Shown: positions 53,421 through 64,000 of the stretch, one piece after another
How the letters are laid out: the number at the start of each line of letters is the position of its first letter
Position numbering within the stretch: position 1 is the stretch's first letter
Assembly (NCBI GenBank): GCA_051362555.1
Contig: CM120643.1
Coordinates: 14,606,644-14,670,643, forward strand
DNA: 64,000 nucleotides
Source: Lingula anatina
Taxonomy: Eukaryota; Animalia; Brachiopoda
Reading direction: 5' to 3'
The notes under the pieces: model-generated
What the model was told of the DNA's origin: nothing
Seen by the model: only the letters and a program-made list of their open reading frames with translations
The model's database searches: none
Made by a program: the position numbers and the translations under genes

Positions 53421-54845
53421 TTACACTGCTTTTGGCTTGTGTTGTACATTTCTTGCAACCCCCTTTTATCTATCTCATGCACGATATATGCATGTTTGGC
53501 CTTGTTCACACTGACTATTCCATTTGAATGTAAAATAATGTCATCAGTCCATATTATAATTGAGCATTTGATAGCAATAGATCACACTTGAAATTCTACT
53601 TTTGTCTGAAAAAGGAAAAATAGAAACGCTGCAGATTTGCTAAGTGCCGCCGAGAAAAAAAAAATGGACTGCCGACGAAATGTAACCAAATCCAACTTTT
53701 CTGTCAGAAGTTGTGTGAACATTGTCAAAGTACGTAGTTACAAAAATGCATGAATTCACGTGAGGGAAGGGGCTTACCATATCTTAAAAGGTTTGGAGTG
53801 CAAGGTTGGAAAAATAATGCTTTAAGGGCCAGTTCATGTGCCTATTTTGGTTTAACCCTTCTGCGGTTTAAAGGGCTCTTGGAGGCCCCCCACACGTAAA
53901 CATGTTGCTGCAAAATTATTTAACAAAGTCATTAGCTTGTCACAACATGTGATTTGAGTCTCTGTGAAGAGCATTCTGAAGTGCAATGCACTAGTTGCGT
54001 CAGCAAATTGCAGTGAGAAAAAATTTGTCTTGAGAAAAAAGTAAGCAGAACTGCATCTGATTTAATGGGTCCTGCTAGGCCCTCCTTACAACTCTTTTAA
54101 AATCCCCATTTGAATGCCCTGTACCTAAATACAATTTATTCTTTTGAGAAAATTTAAGTTTTCTTTTATGTCATGACATTTTTTCATCATTCAAGTGTTA
54201 TTTTTTTAAAACTCATTACACTAGATGCCCATAAACATCTGAATCAAAGTATGAGGAACAAGCAATCATAGAGTGAGTACATTTGGGAAATTATGTTGTT
54301 GTAAAGAGTCTCCGAAAAGAAAGAGGCAATGTATTGATTGAGTCCCAACAACTGTTAGGCCCGTAGCCAGCGATTTCTGTTAAGACTTTAAGATCGTTTA
54401 TTTCATTTTGAGACTCTCTATACATGTGTAACCAAAGAATATTATAATAGGACAGTTGGAAAAAGAAAGAATTGTGCTCATAATGGCAGTTTTTATAATT
54501 TTATCATCTATAAAATTACAACATTTCTTTTGTGTCTTGAAAAAAAAGACAACTGATGGTAAAGGAACCTTGCACCAAAATGATTCCTTTAAATTGCTGA
54601 AAATAAGATGTTTTCAATTTAAAATGTGGTATCACTTCTCTGAGTTAAATTCATGATCTTTGTCAAAACATCTTTACTAAGTTGTGTTTTAACAACGTAA
54701 CATAAAACCATTGAAAGGTGACTTGACTCTTAACTGCAATTCTAAATGTAAAATATACATGTAATTCAACTTTTTATTGCATTGTCAAAAACACTCCACA
54801 TGTCTACAATAGTCTTCTTCAAGTGTCAGGCCTGGTGCAGGCATC

Positions 54846-55002
54846 GGGGCCGTAGCAATAGTCCGAAGGTTCATTGGTCCGAATATTCACTATAGAACCT
54901 TCGGACCAATGAACCCTTGATTAAAAAACCGATGAAAATGTTACCACTTTTCGGACCAATGAACCTTCGGACCAATGAACCTTCGGACTATCGAGACGCC
55001 CC
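54846..55002. mobile_element. Small MULE-like MITE with 15-bp subterminal repeats
   Basis: GGGG..ATAGTCCGAAGGTTCATTGGTCCGAA / (TTCGGACCAATGAACC)n TTCGGACTAT..CCCC; 9-bp flanks GCAGGCATC / CCAGGCATG (7/9); decayed relative at about 40540-40685. Confidence 0.65.
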
Positions 55003-55230
55003 CCAGGCATGGATGATCATGGCCCTCCACTTTCCTCTCTCTTCAGTCGATTGGATTGGAAAAGCCAAGTTTTGGCATAGGCCAATTGAAGGAGAAGATT
55101 TTTGCATTCAGCATGCTGATAACTAGTAAGCTTGGGGCCAAGTTTCACAAAATAAGTTTAGACCGATGGTTGGACTAAACTCGAAGTGCCTAACCCCTTG
55201 TGCCTTATATAACAAGAAAGAAATTGTTAA

Positions 55231-55572
55231 AGGGATAGTAACTCTTCGTATGATATCTTTACTTCACAATAAAAACATTGTGAACAACTCATAGAAACAT
55301 AAAAATATATTCTGTTCTACCACAAAAACAGCAGTTATAGCTATTATTCTGATATCTGAGCTTGTCTTCAGATCACGTGACTTCCATTGATGGCTGTACT
55401 CTGTTATAACCTCTTAAGAGATTTTAACAAAAAAAACTAACTTTTTAGAAAAAAAAACAGGTACTAACTTTTAATGTTAAAATGGATTCATTAACCATTG
55501 GTAAGTATGGGAAAATTGTTGTTTATTCCAGGAAAATTCATTTTTTGGCCAAAACGAAGAGTTATTATCCCT
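55231..55572. mobile_element. Kolobok-like non-autonomous element nested in an older MITE (about 55134-55692)
   Basis: TTAA|AGGGATAGTAACTCTTCGT..ACGAAGAGTTATTATCCCT|TTAA; host ends TTTAGACCGATGGTTGG / CCAACCTTCGGTTTAAA. Confidence 0.75.
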
Positions 55573-56595
55573 TTAAGCAGTTATAATATAAGACTACAAG
55601 AGATTTATCTTAAATTGAAGCACACCAAATATTTTGGACTTAAAAAATAATAAGACCAACCTTCGGTTTAAATTTGAACATTTGAAAGTAGCCTATGAAA
55701 TGCACTGGGTATTATAAGCATCGCTGTCTGGGGAACTAAGAAGGGAGAATGCATGTAAAATTTCTTGTATTGATAAAGGATGAATGAATAGTGGCACCAC
55801 TCAAATTTTTTCAAATGGTGCTGGCACTGGACTTTGCTCAACTCTTTCTGTCAGATATCACAATGGAATTGCCAATGACAGAGAATATGAGCAAAATCCC
55901 TATGTGATGCCACTGATTTCACACCAAAAGCACAAAAGGTATTATGCAATTTCAGTGTTTTCATTTTGTTGTCTGTAATGCAGGAATGAATGACGTTTAC
56001 TTATACCTGATATTTATTCCTCTTCAAAACAAGTGTAAAATTAAGTGAAAAGATATGTTTTTTGCTATGTTGATGTATATAGTTTTACTTCTGAAATCAT
56101 AGGTAGCAGTTAAATAAAAAGGAAGTAATTATGGGGAAGGAATTGAAATCAATCATTTAGAAGAAAAAGACTGATGTCAGGCAAGGGTTCAAAGAAATCA
56201 CACTTTATTTTTACCACCATGCTGAGTCATATGGGTTGTGAGCTCGCATTGGTTATGTTGCACTGGTTACATATGATAAAAGAGTTGTTGATTTTAAAGT
56301 ACATAAAATATTTTTGGGCTTTGGATGAGGATAGGAGACCATTGTCCCTGAAGAAAGGATACGTAAAAAATGCACAAGGGTAAATATCACTTATGTTTCA
56401 ATTCAGTTTAAAGTACTTCCAGTACTAATGTCTGTAGGGTTGTTATATCCTTAAAATATTGAAATTATTTAAATGGTAAAAATACAAAGATGTTTTTAAG
56501 TCACATGCTCCCTAAATAGTTTCAATTTTGGGGCACTTAACAGTGAAGGATTTGAGTGATTTGATATGATTTGCTGTGATATGACAATAGCTGTC

Positions 56596-56626
<31 letters not shown>

Positions 56627-59600
56627 GTCAAAAAAAAAAAGTATTTTTTAAAGTCCCTTGGTAGAATTTTACAAATTTTGATTAACAAGTGATAGTATAA
56701 ACTGCAGAAAAAAAGGGATGGGAACTGTATTTTATTTCATGTTCTGGCATCAGGATTCTTTACCATTAATGGTTTTGACAGTGAATTAATGCAGACACTA
56801 AATGGATATTCAATTTAAGAGAAAATAAATTTTGCATTTAGTTCAATGCAGGTTAGAAAATGCATGTTGGATACAGCAATTTTGGCTTTGTTATCACCGC
56901 AAATGAATGGAGGCTGTCTTTTATTTCATATTTCTTTTGTCATACGACACCTTATTTGATTTTGTTTTTTATGTCGGCACCAAAAAATAATGCCCCATAA
57001 AGTCTACATTCTTTGTCAAAAGCCTGCTGCTTTTAAAGTTGCTATTGTTTTCATGCTCCAGCGTGTGTAGTGTTAAAAGTGAGTAGATGAATACATTACC
57101 TTGCAGCTATGCTGACAGATAAAGGAAGAGGACTATTAAAGCATGTTTATGATTTGTATTCTGTCATATATAGAACATGTATTCAAGGCTTGAAATTATT
57201 GTCAGTGGACTAGAGTCTATGAAGTGCAGTCTATCCCCACCACCACCACCACCACCACCATCACCAACCCCTCTGTTCCTTCCCATCCTCCTTAAAAATA
57301 ATAAAATTTCCTTCCCATCCTCCTTAAAAATAATAAAATAAGTATCCATTATTTTGGTTGTCAGACAAGCTGAAATGTTTATAAGTTTTTACAATTTAAG
57401 ATTGAAGGGATTTGATGTTGTATTATAGAAACTGTACTTAAGTTATTTTAGTTGCTCTCTACCTCCCCCTTCCCTACTTCTTTACAAGTAATGGTCTTTG
57501 CATGCAATACAAGTGTCCCTAGCAATATATTTTTAATCACATGAATGTGACCCACTCCCCCCTCAAAAGAAAAATAAAGACAGGGAATGATAGTGAAAAT
57601 TCACAGAAACTTTATAGATTCTACCCCTTTAGTCTATTTGGTTGAGATGAAAGACATACCATGAACAGCCTTGACCCCCCACCCCCAGCAACCCATTCTC
57701 AACCCCCCACACCCCCACCTGCCATTCCCCCCCCCCCTGATGATCTGCTTGCAAATATGTCAATCACTCACCATTTACCTGCATGAGATACACCTTAGCA
57801 TTTTTGTATGGATGTTAAGCCTAAATTACTTTTACATGGTCGCTGTGCGATGAAATTGTCCGTAAGATTTTTTTTTAATGGAAAGGAGGTAAGAGCAACA
57901 CTGAGTATGTCTACATTACATGGCCTTTAATCTGTACATTTCTGTGCGATTTCGCATGGCCATCGTCTACCTCTGCTCAGATGCTGTACTAAAAGGGTAT
58001 TACGGCCAGTATACGTGCACTGTACGGGCATCACGTTTCAAATGTAATCTAAGCTTTACTGATGATGATACTAAAAATTGTGTCATCTTAAAACTCCTCT
58101 TTACTCAGACTAGTTTCAATTTGAAAAAAAAAATAATAATAAGTGAGATGTTTTCATGGACATTGCTGAAAAATAGTGATTACTATTAACAATGAGATTT
58201 ACATGTAACTGGTTATGACCTCAAGAATATCCAACACTTGCACTACAATTCAATATTTTCTAAAGAATTGATACTTGTCTTGAAGTGCAAGCTAATGAAC
58301 AGAACAAAGAAATCCCCTTTTTATTAGAATAACACTTTTTCATGGTGTGCCCACATTATTAATCAGAAAAGTAGTACATCCTAATTGGTCCACCTGCTTC
58401 CGCTAAGTAATCACACCCATCCACCTGTAGGACTGAATGGACACACCGACAATGAGCCTTGATGAATACAGTCATTCAAGCTATTGCAAACAAATCATCG
58501 AAATAGTGACAAAATGGAGGGCAATATGTTCCTTGCTTCCCCGCACTTGGGAGACATTATCTTGACTTAAGTGCAAGTTCAACTGTTCATGCTGTCATTA
58601 CACAAGTAATATATAGTACTTGCTATGCTGAGGTGTACCTAGTGCTCAAATGTTAATAAGTACAAGAAGATCTAAAATATAACTTTAACTTGGAGATGGA
58701 GGTGTTATAATGGTAAGCGCGTATCAGAATTTCAGTCTGTTCATGTCTGTAGACCTTGGAGGAGCTTGTTTCATTTAAAAAAAAAAAAAAACTTGAAACC
58801 AAAAGTTAGCCTACACTGATACTAGACAAATGGCTAGAAATCCGTTTCAATAAATACTTGTTTTATAACAATTAAGGAAGAATTTGATAACATTTTCAAA
58901 CTTTGAATGGTTACTTTATAGTTGTAAATTTTTATAGATTTATCCTGAATTTGGGACAAACTTTTTGGACTACAAACTGAGACCAGCTTTCGGTCTAAGT
59001 TCATTTTGAAACCAGCCTGTGAAATTATCTAAGATATGTTTCATTTAACTTAGAAATGACTGCGATAGTCAGCTTCTATCAGGTTCCAAATATGTTCTCA
59101 GCTAGTTTCTAAGACCAGAGGTAACCTCTACACATCAATACCTGCTGCACCCAAATATTTAATGTGGTGATGGCATTTAGTCTGTTAAAAGTCTACGTCC
59201 ATTTGCGGGCTGGCCTATCACCATTTAGATAAACCCCCTAAAAGTAAGTACATGTGTTGCTGTGATCATGAAGGGTGTTAATTGTTGAGAAAAACAAAAA
59301 CAAAAAAGGTAAATAAGAAAATCACAAAGATTTTGTCAGTTTTAAGTAACTAAATTTGCTTGTTAGTCATACATAATTTAAGTTTTAAATTGGCTGGATT
59401 TGGAGATTGTAGCTTCTAGAAAGTCTGATATCTTAATAAGCAGAGAAAATTCATCAAAAAGTGACAAAAGTTGTAGACACATTCCCTGTTGAAAAAAGTT
59501 AAAGGATGGATGACGGTATTAATGTTTGTAAAAAAAATTATGTGCAGTGAAACTGAAAAATAATGCTTAACAGACTGGAAGAATGATGTGCCTTTATAGA

Positions 59601-61238
59601 CATTAATTGCTAGGAGATATGAAAACTATGCAAAAACAATGTTCATAAACAGTGAGACAAACTTGAATTTAAACTGTTGATGACGTCAGATAATTTTCAG
59701 CTTTAAAATCAAAGGGATGTACAATTATTTTTACACCAGCGTTGAGTATCAAGGGTGTAATGTACAGGAATTTTAATGCCAAAGATTCAATTGTTACAAC
59801 ATTAGATTGAAATATTTTTTTCCATTCTGCAAGAAATTAGAATTTAAGAACTGCAGAGCCACTGGCTTTTCTAATAACACGTCAAACTGATTCTCAAAAT
59901 TTGAATTTCATTTCTACTGTTACTATCGATCATATATTGAATCATAAAGTAGTGGGAGTTTTGACATATCTAAAAATGTTATAACCAATAATTTTGTGGC
60001 AGTGATATAAAAAGTATAGGTATGGTCCTTAATTAATTCAATTTTTGAAATATTGAACTATGAGTAAAATTAAAGCTATCCTATCTGAGATTTTTCACCA
60101 AGTGAGTTTCCCTTAAAAAATAACTCCTCACAAAATTTTCCTCAACTGCTGTCTGCTTTATACTGTTTCTCTCTCTAATTTTCATTTATATATGGCTCAC
60201 GACTGGTCATTTAGACTATTATGTCTTCCTGTACATTTCAGAAGGAACTATCAACATCAAGTTCTATGATTTGAGGGGTTTTGTTGTTTTTAAGGTCTGA
60301 TTTGAGAAAAAAGATAGCTTTTCAGCATATGTTGACACAGAAAATATGACTCTGGGGCATTTTCAAGCATGGATAAATACATCTTTACATTGTGATTCTT
60401 TTTATTTTATCTGTAATATTAAATCTCCCTGCAGCCTTAATCTCAATCATGCATTAATTTTTCTCATTAAAAATAACGATGTAATTACTGTACTTTTTTA
60501 TAATTAAAAAAACTATTACCTCAAAATGTTCCCAAAATACCCCCTTCTCAATGACACCAATGTGCTTGACATTACCTGAACAACATCTTTCTACCTTCTT
60601 CTTCAGCCTTTATCAAATATTAATATCCAGTGCTGAAGGCTATATTTTCAATAGTGATGGCACTATTCATAACTTACATTTCATAACATAATTTGAGATA
60701 CTATTTTTTTGTGACTGTAAACAGCTCACATGTCACTTCATATATGTTGACGTGGACACATAATTCCAGACATGAGACGCAAGAAAGCACCCAGTGGTGT
60801 CCATGAAATTTTTATAATTTAGGAATTGTTTATGCAAAATGATGCTTCAGTTTCTCATAGGGCATACATTTGCATCATATATAAATCTAAAAGAATATTA
60901 TGCATAACAGATTACTATTGTAACAGCATGCAAATAAGCCAATGTTGTTCTCTCCATTAGAGCATGCTGCACTTACAAAATGTTTATTGTGGTTTCAAGA
61001 TATTCCATTTGACACCAAGAGGCTTTTGCTAGTTAAGAAATTCCAATTATCTTTACAAGGTCTTTTTAGTCCTCTGTAACACAATAAGAAAAAGCCGCTA
61101 CTATAGATAATTTATAATTGTATATTAATATTTTTCCATTTAATTTATTATAAATAGTAAAATAAACAAATAAATAAAAGTAACAGGGAAGAAACACAAG
61201 GTTGATTTAAGCATTAAGTGCATCTTTTGCAAAATTTG

Positions 61239-61299
<61 letters not shown>

Positions 61300-63650
61300 T
61301 TTACACTTTGTAAGTATTTAAGCAGCTAACCAGCTTATATTGATAGATTGGCCCCCACTTTCAGAAATATTTCTTAACTGACAAGAGTAGTTAACAAAAT
61401 AACGACTAAGTGTCAAGAAAAGATCAGAATCTGATTCAGCTACTTTCATATGTATAGAAAAAATTATTTTATATACCCAGACTATTAACACATACATAAA
61501 AGGAGAAAAAAGGGATATGTTACGGAGATTTTGCTTTTTATGATTCAAAATTGTAATTTAAGAAGAAAAAAAACAAAACAAAATAGCAATGAAAGATATC
61601 CAATACCAGTTGCTTTTCATGTGATTCATTTTAGTTATAAAACTTTTGTGGGCAGCAGATACCTGGCAGGGATAAGCTTTAAGCAGTGCACAGAAACTTA
61701 TGCCAGAAGTCTCCAAATCTAGCCCAAGCACCCCCAAATTGTGGTTTGTTTGAGAACACGAAAGCTTTTTCAGACTATCCTACACACAACCACAACTGAC
61801 TGTTGTTTATAAAATATTCATAAAATAGATGTTGGACAATTAATTTTCAAAAGACCAAAAAGACCAAAACAATCTATTAGGGAGTTGAGTTGAGGAGAAT
61901 ATATGTTTTTCAATTGTATCTGTATTAGTCAGAATGCCATTTTACATAATTATACACTTACTCAGTCAATAAAATGATCAAACTCAAGATAGAAGACGCA
62001 AATAAGCAATGTTTTGGCAGATTATTCATTGGATTCTTAATCTGTCTATCTCTCTTTCTCTCTCTCTCTATCTAATCTTATCTTATTTATCATTTCATTT
62101 TAGATTTAGGGTTCTATCTCATCCAGATAAAGCAAATTTCTGTATATCTAAACCAATAATATAATCTTTACTTACAGATATAACTCCCATATTAAATCAA
62201 AATTGATAAAAGTGTACATGAAATTCAATCAAAAGCCTATGTTGTATATTAGACGCAGGTAACTGACAAAACTTTTTTTTTAATTTTGAAAGTGCAGTAA
62301 CAGTAAATTATTTAATAACCCACATATTTATTCCACAAAATATGAAGTGAGCTCTTAAATTAGAAATTGGAGCCAGCTTATTAAATTTTGACATAAAGGA
62401 TCTAATAAAAGTGCACATTTTAGACCAAGGAGTGGGAAACTTGACATAATTTTTTATATTTTACTCAGTGAATGGTCTTATTTATGGCAAATCTTAAACA
62501 GCAGTTTACAGAAAAAAAAACAACATAATTTGAAATTATATTGGTTCTAATATGTTAGTAATAAATGAAACAAAAGTGGCTTAAAACTAGGGGGCCTGTC
62601 GGCAAGACTTGATGCAAGTTGTCCATGAATGGCGTTCCTTTATTTATTTATTTATTTATTTATTTGAAGTATCTGCAAGGACAAATATAATCAATCTGAT
62701 TGCAGACACTATATCTAAACATGCGGAAAACTTTGGAAATACTGAACATCCCGAGGACCTGCACTACAACAAATCTGCAGGTCCTCCCAATTCTGTGCTG
62801 GTTTGAAAAAGTATTTTTTTTCTGTTAGTCTTTGTTAACATGTGGTTTATTATTATGTCTTGTATTTTCACTTAAACCTTGCCAGTCCAGAGGACCTGTG
62901 ACATCAAAAATTTTGTAGGTCCTGTGGCATTTCTAGAGGTCATGAACTGTCAGAAAGGCAGTCACCCATTGTGCTGTATATTTTTTAATGTCAAGAGAAA
63001 AAGATATAATTGTAATACCATGTCCCTTCTGCTATAATAGAGGTGTGGAATATGAAGACCATTTCATTGGCCATTACACAAAATAAGAAAAGGAACTTTG
63101 GTCTGCTGTTGGAAATCAAACATTGCATACCTATAGTCATATACTGCAAACCTGCTGGGGTATGTAGAACTATTGGGAGAAAATCTGCAATACATATTTT
63201 GAAATCAGGAATGAATCCCCGAATCCTTGACTGTAGTTAAAGATGGTGCATAGTATAGTGGTATACTACATCTTTACATAACTGCAAATGTACTTAGTCA
63301 CATCTTCACTGGTGTTTTTGTCAACAACAAATCTCCTTCATCTCCTCTTACAGCATGTGATATGCGAGACTGAGGAGTGGGTATCCAGGATAAAAAGCAA
63401 AGCTTCATCATTTCATAACATACCCACTGTTCAAACCAGAAGAAAGCTGGGTGTCAATTTTGTCTTTGTTTCAGATTGTGATTCAGCACAACACGAAAGT
63501 GAAAATTGTTTCATGTTTATTACATGTTTTTAATGTTTGGTTTTAGTTTGCATATGTGATGTTTTTCATTGTCAGACTCGGACATTATCAGAAATAATTG
63601 ATTAAAGTTAGGGTATGCTTATATTATAGTACAAATATAACTCTACAGAG

Positions 63651-63716
<66 letters not shown>

Positions 63717-64000
63717 TGAATTGAAGTTATATTTGATCATCTTATTATCATCATTTTTTATTTATTTTTTTTTTTAATTTGAAACGTGAGCTTAGCTGTC
63801 AAAAAAAAAAAAAAACTCTGAAACCAAGATAATATAATACTTCCAATATCTATGTCAATACCTGTCGATTTCTCCTTTATGGAACAATAAGACATCTTAC
63901 GTGCTGTGAATCACGCACACAATGAGAATGGCTGTGCATGCAGTACTAATTGGATATGCTTACTTAGGAAAAGATGGCCAATTACCTGTTTCGTCAGGTA

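Noticed and set aside
53852-54385. piggyBac-like TTAA-CCCT start with a distant TTAA end
   Set aside because: The right end does not form a convincing TIR; at most a decayed remnant.
54860-54990. TTCGGACCAATGAACC repeats (and the AACCGAGGAC arrays) as CRISPR-like arrays
   Set aside because: Eukaryotic context, repeats too short, irregular spacing, both orientations, no cas genes; explained as transposon subterminal repeats.
63850-64000. Several minus-strand donor-like sites at the window end
   Set aside because: No recognisable coding similarity or acceptor; cannot support an exon.

Overview
AT-rich, intron-rich animal genomic DNA, probably a lophotrochozoan invertebrate such as a mollusc (inferred from protein divergence and repeat types). 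The window holds two divergently transcribed spliced genes whose start codons are about 3.1 kb apart. (1) PHAF1/C16orf70 (UPF0183) on the minus strand: 8 coding exons reconstructed at 646-16412, and the gene runs off the left edge. (2) A complete CBFB (core-binding factor beta, Brother/Big-brother) gene on the plus strand: 5 core exons at 19563-51162, candidate alternative C-termini and a probable 20-aa N-terminal extension. The same two genes are neighbours on human 16q22.1. Introns are crowded with non-autonomous DNA transposons: a near-perfect 935-bp foldback, stacked Harbinger-like palindromic MITEs, Helentron-like elements, and a 7-kb nested complex inserted in a (CA)n tract. Nearly all entries in the supplied ORF track are spurious or exon fragments. 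I found no RNA genes, CRISPR arrays or transposase ORFs, and no supportable gene after about 53.5 kb. I cannot support a wholly new biological system here; the strongest leads are the CBFB isoform architecture, the CBFB-PHAF1 linkage, the foldback and the microsatellite-embedded element. All homology calls are from remembered sequences, not from searches.
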